Shown here: positions 39,866 to 49,439 of the stretch, in pieces
How positions within the stretch are numbered: the first letter of the stretch is position 1
Layout of the letters: each line of letters opens with the position of its first letter
DNA from: an uncultured Gemmataceae bacterium
GTDB taxonomy: Bacteria > Planctomycetota > Planctomycetia > Gemmatales > Gemmataceae
Length of the DNA: 64,000 bases
Direction of reading: 5' to 3'
Assembly (NCBI GenBank): GCA_963750165.1
Contig: CAVVPN010000004.1
Span: 576,001 to 640,000 of the forward strand
Position numbers and translations under genes: made by a program
Notes under the pieces: generated by a model
What the model was told of the DNA's origin: nothing
What the model saw: the letters and a program-made list of their open reading frames with translations, nothing else
Databases searched by the model: none

Positions 39866-40277
39866 CTACGGGACCGCCTCCACGGCCGCCCCATCCGCAA
39901 ACCGATAGACCAGGAAGTCCCGGTCCAGGGTGAATACCCTTCGTGTGCCCAGCCGCTCGGCCGCGGCCACGACCGAGGCGTCGGCAAAGTCCATCGGCAA
40001 GTCCTGGTACTTCCCCATGAGCGCGGCCATCCGCCCCAGTTCGGTCTCGTCGGGTGCGTGCAGTTCCAGGCGTCCCGCCTCGACTAACCGCCACAGCGCC
40101 TCCTGGCCGGCGTAGCCGCCCGCGCGGTGGAGCAGATACATCGCCTCGGTCAAGCACGGCCAGGTGGTCACCAGGGGACCGGCCGGCAGCGTCTTCGCGG
40201 CCGCGGTGCAGGCGGCGTGGTTGGGGTCGTTACGGTTGAGCAGGGCAACCAGGGGGGCCGGTGTCGGTGAGGGTCAC
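39866..40277 (-). CDS. PIN-domain (VapC-like) toxin, +1 frameshift in the G6 run at 40252-40257
   Basis: GTG start; with one base removed reads TLTDTGPLVALLNRNDPNH...TEAMYLL...MDFADASVVAAAE...FTLDRDF. Confidence 0.88.
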
Positions 40278-40534
40278 GGCTGCCCCCGCGGTTGCTCAGC
40301 GGCCAGCCCCTCGCTGAAGCGGCGGCCGCAGTCCTCCGAGAGCCGCTCCGCCGTGCCGGCGACCGTGCCAAGGTATCCCGCGAGGAAGTCGTAAAGGGTT
40401 CCGGCAGGCGCAGGCGTCGGGGTGAACAGCTGCCGCAGCCCATCAAGGGCCAGCAGTTCAGGGGTCGTACCGCGGCGCGCAGCCTCCTCGGCGAGGCGGT
40501 TTTCCAGGTCGGGTGGTAGTGTGATGGTCGTCAT
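40274..40534 (-). CDS. Putative antitoxin (RHH-like N-terminus), GTGA overlap with the PIN gene
   Basis: MTTITLPPDLENRLAEEAARRGTTPE; directly upstream of the PIN toxin. Confidence 0.75.
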   Translation of the reverse strand: MTTITLPPDLENRLAEEAARRGTTPELLALDGLRQLFTPTPAPAGTLYDFLAGYLGTVAGTAERLSEDCGRRFSEGLAAEQPRGQP

Positions 40535-40802
40535 TGAATACCTACTATCAAGTAGAACGGACGCGAAAGCGACGCGAAAAGGGCTGGGCCCGTCCCCCAT
40601 TTCCTGCTCGTTGGTTGGCTTGGCGGTCGCGCCGCTTTTTATATATCGGCGACACCAGTCCACGGAGGCAACTTTTCAAAACCGTGGACAATTCCGAATC
40701 CAGGGCGCAGCTGAATCCGCAGCCATTCTTTCTTGGACAACCAAATCTCAAACACGTCACATCCTGGATCCGTGTAACCAAAAAGCCATTCCGCCTCGCC
40801 GC

Positions 40803-42998
40803 TCACTCCTCCGGCTGCATCTCCTTCATGTGCGTCACCACCAACCGGATCACCTCCGGCGGCACACCCGGCCCCAACCGCACCTGCAGCGCCCGCAGCT
40901 GCTCGCCGAACTGCCGCACCGCCGTGGCGACGCGCTCGTAGACCGCGTTCGTCACCCACGGCGTCAGCGACCCCGGCCGCTCCGCCCGGATGTACTCGCA
41001 CAACTGCTCCAGTACGAGCGGCCGCGCCTGACCCGTCTGCCGCGCCACCTCGTCCAGCGACGAGCCCGCCCGGAACAGCGCGAACGCCGCCCGCCGCCCG
41101 CCGCCCGGCTTCGCTGCCGGCGCCGGCGCCGCTTTCACCTGATACTGTTGCAGCACCTCCAGGAAGATTTGCCCGAACTCGCGCAGCTTGTTGTCGCCGA
41201 TACCGTACAGGCCGCGCATCGCCTCCAGCGTCGCCGGCCGGTGCTGGGCCAGCTCGCGCAACGTCCGGTCGCCGAAAATGACATATGGTGGTTTGCCCAA
41301 CTCGGACGCCAGCTGCCGCCGCCGTTCGCGCAGCGCCTCGAACAGGCCGCGGTCCACCCCCTCCCACGACACCGCCTCGACCTGCGAGCGCTCCGCTTTT
41401 TGACCCTTCTTGCGCCGCACCAGTTGCAGCAACCGCACCGAGCGCTGGCCGCGCATCACCTCCCATGACGCCGGGTTCAACTTCAGGATCGGCACCTGGT
41501 CGCCCGAGGGCAGCGTCAGCGCGTGCTGCACCAGCACCTTCTGGCCGATCAGTTGATAGATCCAGTCGCGCAGGTCCAGCTTGGTCCGATCCTGTAACAG
41601 GCCGTAGGTCGAGAGTTTATCATGGTTGAACTTGGTGATCTTGTCGCTGGTTTCGCCGCGCAGCACGCTGATGACGTGGCCCAGGCCGAAGTGCTCCTGC
41701 ACCCGGGCCACGCAGGACAGGATTTTCTGCGCCACCACCTGGGCGTCGGGCACCTCGGCGGTGTCGCCCAGGCACAGGTCGCAGGCGCCGCACGACGGCT
41801 TCGGATATTCCTGGCCGAAATACTCCAGCAGCGCCCGGTGCCGGCAGACGGCGCCGCGGCAGTAACGGTCCATGTCGTCCAGGTGACGGTTGGCGCTGGC
41901 CACGAACGCCGGCCCCGCCTGAGCCTCCTCGGCAGACTTCTCAATGATCGACTTCCAGGTGAAGAAATCGGACCCGGAGTGCAGCAGCACGCACTCGGCT
42001 TCCAGGCCGTCGCGACCGGCGCGGCCGGTCTCCTGCTGATAGTGCTCCAGCGCCTTGGGCATGGCGGTGTGCAGCACGAAACGCAGGTTGGAACGGTCGA
42101 TGCCCATGCCGAACGCCACCGTCGCCACGATCAGATCGACCTCCTCCGCGGCGAACGCCTCCTGCGTGGCGGTGCGGTCCTCCGGCGCCATGCCCGCGTG
42201 ATAGCCGCGCACCTTGTAGCCGCGCTGCTGCAACGTCGCCGTCAACTCGTCCACGTCGCGCTTGCGCAGGCAGTAAATGATGCCGGCCTCGCCGGGGTGG
42301 CGGTTGAGCACGTCCAGCACCTGCCGCGTCGGGTCGTGCCGCGGCAGCACACGATAGGTCAAGTTGGGGCGGTCGAAGTCGCCGACCAGGAACTCGGGGT
42401 CGCGCAGCGCCAGCTGGGCCGCCATGTCCTGCCGCACCGGCTCCGTGGCCGTGGCGGTGTAGGCGTGGACGCTGGCGTCGGGAAACAGTTCGCGGATGCG
42501 GCTGAGCATGCGGTATTCGGGGCGAAAATCGTGGCCCCAGTGGCTGATGCAGTGGGCCTCGTCGATGGCGAAGGTCTTGACGCCGGCGCGGCGCAGCAGG
42601 TGATGGAACTCGGTCGTCACCAGCCGCTCGGGCGACAGGAACACCAGCCGTACCTGGCCGCTGACGAGCGCCTTTTCCGCCTGGAAGCGCTGTTCGGGCG
42701 ACTGCGAGCTGTCCACCTGCACCGCCGGCACGCCGCACGCCAGCAGGCCATCGACCTGGTCCTTCATCAGCGCGATCAGCGGCGAGAGGACAACGGTGGT
42801 GTCGCCGCGCAGCACCGCGGGGGCCTGGTAGCACAGCGACTTGCCGCCGCCGGTCGGCAGCACCACGACGGAGTCACGGCCCTCCAGCACGGCGCGCATG
42901 GCGCGCTCCTGCAAGGGGCGGAAACTTTGGTAGCCCCAGTGCTGCTCGACGACCCGCTTCAGGGCCGCGAGATCAAAGGCCGCGGGCCGGGTGGACAT
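40803..42998 (-). CDS. recQ: ATP-dependent DNA helicase RecQ
   Basis: PTGGGKSLCYQ, DEAHCISHWGHDFRPEY, AFGMGID, QETGRAGRDG, CRH...CGACDLC, RQC, HRDC (PPYVIFGD). Confidence 0.97.
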   Translation of the reverse strand: MSTRPAAFDLAALKRVVEQHWGYQSFRPLQERAMRAVLEGRDSVVVLPTGGGKSLCYQAPAVLRGDTTVVLSPLIALMKDQVDGLLACGVPAVQVDSSQSPEQRFQAEKALVSGQVRLVFLSPERLVTTEFHHLLRRAGVKTFAIDEAHCISHWGHDFRPEYRMLSRIRELFPDASVHAYTATATEPVRQDMAAQLALRDPEFLVGDFDRPNLTYRVLPRHDPTRQVLDVLNRHPGEAGIIYCLRKRDVDELTATLQQRGYKVRGYHAGMAPEDRTATQEAFAAEEVDLIVATVAFGMGIDRSNLRFVLHTAMPKALEHYQQETGRAGRDGLEAECVLLHSGSDFFTWKSIIEKSAEEAQAGPAFVASANRHLDDMDRYCRGAVCRHRALLEYFGQEYPKPSCGACDLCLGDTAEVPDAQVVAQKILSCVARVQEHFGLGHVISVLRGETSDKITKFNHDKLSTYGLLQDRTKLDLRDWIYQLIGQKVLVQHALTLPSGDQVPILKLNPASWEVMRGQRSVRLLQLVRRKKGQKAERSQVEAVSWEGVDRGLFEALRERRRQLASELGKPPYVIFGDRTLRELAQHRPATLEAMRGLYGIGDNKLREFGQIFLEVLQQYQVKAAPAPAAKPGGGRRAAFALFRAGSSLDEVARQTGQARPLVLEQLCEYIRAERPGSLTPWVTNAVYERVATAVRQFGEQLRALQVRLGPGVPPEVIRLVVTHMKEMQPEE

Positions 42999-43195
42999 GT
43001 TGAGTTATTCTCCTTCCCCCCCACCATACCCGACAGGCGTACAGAGTTCCAGATTGGAAGCGGCCCGGGGCAGGTCAGAACCTTCAGCTCAGTCCGTCTT
43101 GTGCGGTCGCGCTGCATACGGTATGAGAGTTTCAACCACACGCGCCTAGAATGGCTTGAGAGCGATCTGTCACCCACCCGCACCGCGAGCCATTC

Positions 43196-44206
43196 ATGCA
43201 CACGAAACCACGGCTGTTGTTCACCCTGGGCGACGTGGCCGGGGTCGGCCCCGAAATCATCGCCCGCGCCTGGCCGCAACTGCACACCCTCTGTCGGCCC
43301 GTCGTCGTCGGCGATCCGGACTGGCTGCGGCGGGCGCTGCGGTTGACCGGCGTGCCGGCCCACGTCGAGCCGATCCGCGACCTGGAGCAAGCGCAGCCGA
43401 CACCGGACGTGCTGCCGTGCCTGCTGGCCACGGACGCGGACCTGAGCGGCGTGGTGCCGGCCCGCGTCAGCGCCGCGGCGGGGCGGGCGGCCTACGACTT
43501 CCTGTGCCGGGCCATTGACGAAACGCTGGCGGGCCGCGCCGACGGCATCGTCACGGCGCCGCTGCACAAGGAAGGGCTGCACGCCGCGGGCGTTCAGCAT
43601 CCGGGCCACACGGAAATCCTGGCGGAGCGCACTGGGGCGCGGCAGGTCGGCATGATGTTGTACGTCCGCAGTCCGAAATTGCCGCACGGCCTCGGCGTCG
43701 TCCACGTCACCTTGCACATGGCCCTGCGTGAGGTCTTCCGCCATCTGTCGGCGGACGCGGTGTACGAGAAAATTCGGCTGCTGCACGAGATCATGCCGCG
43801 GTTGAACGGCGGCCCGGCGGCGCTGGGCGTGGCGGCGCTGAACCCACACGCCAGCGACGGCGGCCTGTTCGGCGACGAGGAGCGCACGTTGATCGAGCCG
43901 GCGGTGCGGCGGGCGCGGGCGGAGGGTCTGCCGGTCACGGGGCCGTGGCCGAGCGACACACTGTTCGTGCGGGCGCAGCGCGGCGAGTTCGCCGGTGTGG
44001 TGGCCATGTACCACGACCAGGGCCACATCGCGCTGAAGCTGGTGAGCGAACTGCACGCGGTCAACATCAGTGTGGGGCTGCCGCTGGTGCGGACGAGTGT
44101 GGCGCATGGCACCGCTTATGACATCGTCGGCAAGGGCGTCGCGGACGAGCGCGGCCTGCTGGAAGCGGCGCGGGTCGCGGCCCGGCTGGTGGAAAAGAAA
44201 AAATAG
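43196..44206 (+). CDS. pdxA: 4-hydroxythreonine-4-phosphate dehydrogenase (PdxA family)
   Basis: GD.AGVGPEI, TAPLHK, PGHTE, LNPHA.DGGLFGDEE, MYHDQGHI..K, RTSVAHGTAYDI. Confidence 0.93.
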   Translation: MHTKPRLLFTLGDVAGVGPEIIARAWPQLHTLCRPVVVGDPDWLRRALRLTGVPAHVEPIRDLEQAQPTPDVLPCLLATDADLSGVVPARVSAAAGRAAYDFLCRAIDETLAGRADGIVTAPLHKEGLHAAGVQHPGHTEILAERTGARQVGMMLYVRSPKLPHGLGVVHVTLHMALREVFRHLSADAVYEKIRLLHEIMPRLNGGPAALGVAALNPHASDGGLFGDEERTLIEPAVRRARAEGLPVTGPWPSDTLFVRAQRGEFAGVVAMYHDQGHIALKLVSELHAVNISVGLPLVRTSVAHGTAYDIVGKGVADERGLLEAARVAARLVEKKK

Positions 44207-44301
44207 CCACAGAGGACACAGAGGACTCAGAGAGAAGAAGCGAGAAATGAAATAGCAATTCCTCTTTCTTCTCTCTGTGTCCTCTGTGTCCTCTGTGGCT
44301 A
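44204..44301. repeat. (CACAGAGGA)n inverted-repeat hairpin
   Basis: TAGCCACAGAGGACACAGAGGACTCAGAGAGAAG...CTTCTCTCTGTGTCCTCTGTGTCCTCTGTGGCTA. Confidence 0.8.
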
Positions 44302-44315
44302 AGACCGTTCGCCAA

Positions 44316-44414
44316 GGAGGCGCCGAACAACAACTTCGTAGGACGGCTCTCCAGAGCCGTCCCGACGGCTCTGGAGAGCCGTCCTACTTTTGGAAGTTGT
44401 TGTTCGGCGCCTCC
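44316..44414. repeat. Family A REP doublet (44338-44387) inside a 22-bp outer inverted repeat
   Basis: GGAGGCGCCGAACAACAACTTC-[REP pair]-GAAGTTGTTGTTCGGCGCCTCC. Confidence 0.85.
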
Positions 44415-44430
44415 CAAGGAGGAGGCAACG

Positions 44431-45651
44431 ATGCTCGATCCGCTGCCCTGGGAAGTTCTGCTGGGCCAGCTGCCCGACGGCTTTCATTACCAACTGCCGC
44501 CGCGCCAGCTCGGCCGCCTGCGCTTCGTGGGCCTGTTCCTGATTCTGAATACCCTGACCGTCGGCGGCCTGCTGTTGCTGGCACTGCTGCACGCCGACGG
44601 GCCGAGTTGGTGGCTCCGGGCCGGTCTCGCCGTGGCGACACTGGCCGTCGTGCGGTCGCTGGTCCGCCTGGGCTTTCTGATCTTCTGCGGGCACAGTCAA
44701 ATCCACCTGCGCCAGGGTCGATTGACGGCGCTGGAGTTCGCCGGCCTGTTCCTGCGGCGGCGCAGCGTGTCGTGGGGTGACGTGCGCCGCCTGAGCGTCA
44801 CCACGCTGCCGCTGGTCCAGCCTGGCGTGATCGTCGCCGATTGCGCCGGCGGTCGCCGTCTGTGGCTGGCCCCTGGGTATCCGCTCCGCATCCTGGCTCC
44901 GCTAGCGCGCGACCTGGCCCGACGCTGTGCCCAGCTCGCCGGCAGCGAGGCCATTCCCGTCAGGCAATGTGCGCCGTCACCGGCAGCGCCGGCGTTTGCC
45001 GAACACGCCATCGAGCAGGAGCGGCTCCATCCGCCACCGGACAGCCGCGTGCGCGTGACGGAGTGCGCCGACGGTGTGACTGTGGTGGTGCCGGCGGCAG
45101 GCGTGTGGCGCGGCAGCCGCGGCCTGTTCGCGTTCAGTTTGCTCTGGTGCGCCACGCTGGCAGGCCTGACAATGCTGGCCGGTAACCGCGGTGTCTTCGC
45201 GGGATTGCTCGGCGGTTGCTGGGCGGTGAGCGTGCTCCTGCTCCTGGTGGCGGTCGCGCGCGGCCGGCGGCGGGTCCTGCTGACGGTCGCGAACGAAACG
45301 CTGGTGCTACGACAACGGGGCCTGTTTCGGACCGACCGGCAGGATTGGGTCCGGGACGAACTGCTGGAAATCACCATCGGCCCGAGTTTCTGGAAGGATC
45401 GTGATGTGCCGCTTCTGGAACTGAAAATCTGGGAGTTTACGGGGCATTTCACGAGCCTGCTCGCCGGCCGCGACGCGGCGGACCTGGCATACCTCGCGAC
45501 CACCCTTCGCCACGCCCTCGACTTGCCGCTCAGCCCCGAGATGATGCCACGACTGGACGAGGCGACCGGGGAAGTAGCGGAACCGCCCGAACCCCAACGG
45601 TTGCGCCGCGCTTCCCAAGCAGGCGGTCCTGCGGGCCGGAGCAGTGGTTGA
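44431..45651 (+). CDS. Hypothetical membrane protein (two TM-hairpin + soluble modules)
   Basis: AGGAGG RBS; two pairs of hydrophobic helices each followed by a beta-rich segment. Confidence 0.65.
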   Translation: MLDPLPWEVLLGQLPDGFHYQLPPRQLGRLRFVGLFLILNTLTVGGLLLLALLHADGPSWWLRAGLAVATLAVVRSLVRLGFLIFCGHSQIHLRQGRLTALEFAGLFLRRRSVSWGDVRRLSVTTLPLVQPGVIVADCAGGRRLWLAPGYPLRILAPLARDLARRCAQLAGSEAIPVRQCAPSPAAPAFAEHAIEQERLHPPPDSRVRVTECADGVTVVVPAAGVWRGSRGLFAFSLLWCATLAGLTMLAGNRGVFAGLLGGCWAVSVLLLLVAVARGRRRVLLTVANETLVLRQRGLFRTDRQDWVRDELLEITIGPSFWKDRDVPLLELKIWEFTGHFTSLLAGRDAADLAYLATTLRHALDLPLSPEMMPRLDEATGEVAEPPEPQRLRRASQAGGPAGRSSG

Positions 45652-45741
45652 GGACAGCGGCTTTGCCCTCACACCTCAACCGAAGCGGCTGCCGGGCGGT
45701 CTAAAAACTCCTCTACGTGATCCGCGGAAAGGAACAGGTGG

Positions 45742-45998
45742 TTAGCGCGCGTTGCGTTCGGGTGTGGCGGGTTCTTCGCCCCGAAGGGGCGGGACAACTT
45801 AGCCCAGGGCAACGCCCTGGGAACCAGGGAGGCGACTGTTACTCTGCTTTCTTCCGTGCCCTGAAGGGGCACCACAACAACGCTTGGGGTGCCCCAACAG
45901 GGCACGGAAGAGAGAAGCGGGGGGGGTCGCATCGGCGTCCCCAGGGCGTTGCCCTGGGCTAAGTTGTCCCGCCCCTTCGGGGCGAAAGACACGACCGC
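45742..45998. mobile_element. Composite palindromic element, copy 2
   Basis: Arms 45775-45821 and 45940-45986; core near-identical to copy 1. Confidence 0.8.
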
Positions 45999-46081
45999 AG
46001 AGAATGATCGTTTGATCTCCCCCGTATAAACGCGAGCATTTGATTTGGATTGTCGCACTTCAGCCATTCCGCCTCGGTCAT
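45959..46081 (-). pseudogene. 5' remnant of a multicopy planctomycete 'MTEAEW' hypothetical gene, cut by the palindromic element
   Basis: GAGGGTGAACGC-ATG; MTEAEWLKCDNPNQMLAFIRGRSNDHSLR then element sequence. Confidence 0.6.
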
Positions 46082-46192
46082 GCGTTCACCCTCTGTCCGC
46101 CACCGGCCAGCGTTTTCCGCTCCGGCCGGCATCAAACTTGCTCTTCCTAATGGAAGGCACCTTTCGCCTCCATTCTCCCCAGGAGTTCTCTC

Positions 46193-46840
46193 ATGTCTGA
46201 CCTTGCTGACTTCCGCGTCGCCGTGCTGGCGACCGACGGCTTCGAGGAGGCCGAACTCACCGAACCCGTCAAGGCCCTCAAAAGCGCCAACGCCTGCGTC
46301 ACCATCGTGGCACCGAAAGCCGGCGAAATCCAGGCTTTTCGCCACGACACCAAGACCATCATGGTCCCGGTGGATCGCACCGTGCAGGACGTGCGCGCCG
46401 ACGAATTCGACGCCGTGGTGCTGCCCGGCGGCGCCCTCAACGCTGACTTCATGCGTGTCGTGCCGCAGGTGCAGATCTTGCTGCGCGAGATGCAGGAGGC
46501 GGGCAAACCGTTCGCCGTCATCTGTCACGCTCCCTGGGAGTTGATCTCCGCCGGCCTGGTGCGCGGCCGCACGCTGACCAGCTATCACACCATCCAGGAC
46601 GACGTGCGCAACGCTGGCGGCAACTGGGTGGATCGCGAGGTGGTCGAGGACGACAACTGGGTCACCAGCCGCCAGCCGGACGACCTGCCCGCGTTCACCC
46701 GCACCATGCTCAAGGTCTTCGGCAGCAGCCTGGCCGCGAGCCAGCGCGCAGCGCCGCATGCCGCACGACCCGTCCGCCGCGGTCCCGAAGCCGGGGCCGC
46801 GGCGGTAAATCGCGTCAACCGACGGCATCTCCGCGGCTGA
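46193..46840 (+). CDS. PfpI/DJ-1 family (type 1 glutamine amidotransferase-like) protein
   Basis: TDGFEEAEL..P, LPGG..NAD, ICHAPW, TSRQPDDLPAF. Confidence 0.93.
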   Translation: MSDLADFRVAVLATDGFEEAELTEPVKALKSANACVTIVAPKAGEIQAFRHDTKTIMVPVDRTVQDVRADEFDAVVLPGGALNADFMRVVPQVQILLREMQEAGKPFAVICHAPWELISAGLVRGRTLTSYHTIQDDVRNAGGNWVDREVVEDDNWVTSRQPDDLPAFTRTMLKVFGSSLAASQRAAPHAARPVRRGPEAGAAAVNRVNRRHLRG

Positions 46841-46887
46841 TAGTGAATGGAAACTGCATTGCTGCCTGCACCCGGAGAGCGCCGCTC

Positions 46888-47613
46888 ATGAATGTCGTCT
46901 GCCTGCCCGTTCTGTGGGTCGCCTTTCTGACAGCCGACGGCCGCGCTCCGGCCGCGGCGTATCTGTATCAGCCATCCTACTCGAAGGAAGACTGTCCCGG
47001 GCCGGTGCGACCGTACCTGCCGCAACCGGGCGACATCATTCTGACCACGGATCGCTCGCGCATCATCCGGGCCGGTCACTGGCTGGTCGGCTGCGACGGC
47101 GTGCATCATTCCGCCCTGGTGTTCGCGCAGCCGGATGGCAGTCTGGCGGTGCTGGAAGCGGGGCCGTTTAACAGCCTGCGTGTCGAGATTGTCGATCTGA
47201 TGTACTTGCTGACCCGGCATGACGAGCGCGGCGAAAACGTGTGGATTCGCCAGCGCCGCATGCTGCTCACGGCGGAACAATCGGCAAAGTTGACCGCGTG
47301 GGCGCTGGCGCAGAACGGCAAACGCTTCGCCGGTTTGCGCATGCTCGGTCAGCTGACCGTCTTTCGCAGCCGGGGGCCGCTGCGGACGCACTTTATCGGC
47401 GGCCCGCACGGCGAGCGCAGCAGTTACTTCTGTTCAGAACTGGTGATGGAATCGTGCGTGGCGGCGGGGATCTGGGACGCGGCCCGCGCCCGCCCCGCGG
47501 CAACCTACCCGCGCGATCTGTTCACGGATCGCTCCACCAACGCCTTCCTGCGTGAGCACCTGGACCTATCCGCGTGCTGGTTCCCGCCGGCGCGGTGGAC
47601 GCTGTACCCGTGA
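46888..47613 (+). CDS. Permuted papain-like (YiiX/YebB-type) amidase-like protein
   Basis: PQPGDII, HHSALV, VLEAG, YFCSELV (His before Cys), TYPRDL. Confidence 0.7.
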   Translation: MNVVCLPVLWVAFLTADGRAPAAAYLYQPSYSKEDCPGPVRPYLPQPGDIILTTDRSRIIRAGHWLVGCDGVHHSALVFAQPDGSLAVLEAGPFNSLRVEIVDLMYLLTRHDERGENVWIRQRRMLLTAEQSAKLTAWALAQNGKRFAGLRMLGQLTVFRSRGPLRTHFIGGPHGERSSYFCSELVMESCVAAGIWDAARARPAATYPRDLFTDRSTNAFLREHLDLSACWFPPARWTLYP

Positions 47614-47704
47614 TGGGAGCTTACTGGCCGCGCGTGTTTCGCGGACCCGCGCGGCCAGTGCAGGGATCGGACGCACCTATTACCCCGGCGGGTAAGATCA
47701 TCAC

Positions 47705-47732
47705 GTAGGACGGCTCTGGAGAGCCGTCCTAC
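47705..47732. repeat. Collapsed family A REP (single 28-bp palindrome)
   Basis: GTAGGACGGCTCTGGAGAGCCGTCCTAC. Confidence 0.8.
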
Positions 47733-47992
47733 ATGTTGACGCGGGATCAGTCACTCATCCTGGGGACAGTGGGTGTGTTGTCGGACGCGGTCATGTGGCA
47801 GATCGAGGGCTGCCTGAAACAGGTGCTGGAGATTCCGTAGGCAGGCTTTGCAAGGGGGACAGGTCCGCTTCATTCGCCACTACTGGCGAGATTGCAACCG
47901 TGTCTGCCGCCGGATAAACTCGGGAAAGGAAAAGTTCGCCGCACCGCGCCTGACCGGCACCCCGCCAAACAACTCCCAGGGAGCACCCACCC

Positions 47993-49309
47993 ATGCTGAC
48001 CATCCACGGCCCGCAACGCCGCCTTTGCGATGGCCTGACCCGCCGCGACTTCCTTCGCGCCGGCGCCCTCGCTGTCGGCGGCCTCACCCTGGCGGACCTG
48101 CTGCGCCTGCGGGCGCAGGGGGCGGCCCAGCCCACGTCGTCCGCCAAGGCCGTCATCATGGTCTACCTGAACGGCGGCCCCAGCCACCTCGACCTGTACG
48201 ACCTCAAGCCGGACGCCCCTGTCGAGTACCGCGGCGAGTTCCGGCCCACGCGCACCAACGTCCCAGGCATGGACATCTGCGAACTGTTCCCGCTCCAGGC
48301 CCAGATCGCCGACCAGTTCGCCATCATCCGCAGCATGCGCTTTCGGCAACAGGGCCACACCTCGCCCGAGTTGTACACCGGCTTCCTGACGGGCAACCGC
48401 CCCTCCATCGGCTCGGTGGTTAGCAAGCTTCGCCGCGACCGCGGCGTCATCGACGCTCTGCCGCCGTTCGTCGCGCTGGGCGACGCCAACCATGTGCCGC
48501 GCCCCGGTTTCCTCGGCCGCGCCCACGAGCCCTACCTGCCCGGCAACCGCAACGACAACCTGGGCCGCTCCCCCGGCATCAGCCTCGACCGCCTCGCCGA
48601 CCGCCGCGCCCTGCTGCAGTCGTTCGACAGCATGCGCCGCGACCTCGACGACGCCCGCGGCAGCCTGTCGGCGCGCGACGCCTTCACTGCCCAGGCGCTG
48701 GAAATGATCACCAGCAATCGCGCCCGCGCCGCCTTCGACGTGAGCAAGGAGCCCGAGCGCGTCCGGGCGAAGTACGGCCGCGGCACCGAGTACCTGCTGG
48801 CCCGCCGGTTGGTGGAGGCGGGGGTGCCGGTTGTGACGCTGACGCCGCAGAACCATCACGTGCCGACGCGCTGCAACGGCCAGTGGGACCACCACGACCA
48901 CATCTTCGAGTGCCTGCGCGTGGTGCTGCCGCAGCTCGACCGCTCGCTGCACGCGCTGCTCACCGACCTGCGCGACCGCGGGTTGGACCGGGACGTGGCC
49001 GTCGTGGTCTGGGGCGAGATGGGCCGCACGCCGCGGATCGGCACGCAGCGCGGCACCGTCGGCGGCCGCGACCACTGGCCGCAGGCGGGCTTCGCACTGC
49101 TGGCCGGCGGTGGCCTGCACACCGGCCAGGTGGTCGGCGCCACCGACCCGCGCGGCGAGAACCCGCGCGGCCGGGTGTACACGCCGCAGAACGTCCTCGC
49201 CACGCTGTACCGCGTGCTCGGTATCGACCCGTCGGCCACGCTGCCCGACCACCAGGGGCGGCCCATTTATTTGCTCGACGACCGTGAGCCCGTCGCGGAA
49301 CTCGTCTGA
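47993..49309 (+). CDS. DUF1501 protein
   Basis: TRRDFL, GGPSHLDLYDLKP, LLARRLVEAGV, WD.H, GEMGRTP, GRDHWP. Confidence 0.92.
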   Translation: MLTIHGPQRRLCDGLTRRDFLRAGALAVGGLTLADLLRLRAQGAAQPTSSAKAVIMVYLNGGPSHLDLYDLKPDAPVEYRGEFRPTRTNVPGMDICELFPLQAQIADQFAIIRSMRFRQQGHTSPELYTGFLTGNRPSIGSVVSKLRRDRGVIDALPPFVALGDANHVPRPGFLGRAHEPYLPGNRNDNLGRSPGISLDRLADRRALLQSFDSMRRDLDDARGSLSARDAFTAQALEMITSNRARAAFDVSKEPERVRAKYGRGTEYLLARRLVEAGVPVVTLTPQNHHVPTRCNGQWDHHDHIFECLRVVLPQLDRSLHALLTDLRDRGLDRDVAVVVWGEMGRTPRIGTQRGTVGGRDHWPQAGFALLAGGGLHTGQVVGATDPRGENPRGRVYTPQNVLATLYRVLGIDPSATLPDHQGRPIYLLDDREPVAELV

Positions 49310-49439
49310 GTGATGTCGGTCAGCTGACCGATCTGGTCGTTTGGGCCATCACGTCGGCGGTCGCCAGGGGGATGGCGCTGTCGTGGGAGGAGCTGCCTGT
49401 TAATTTGAATGGGTAACGCTTTCTCGTCGAGGACAGGCC

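Noticed and set aside
39866..40534. PIN toxin-antitoxin pair as a novel system
   Set aside because: Ordinary VapBC-like organisation
8113..47732. CRISPR array
   Set aside because: Repeats are dispersed inverted doublets, not regularly spaced direct repeats with unique spacers; no cas genes
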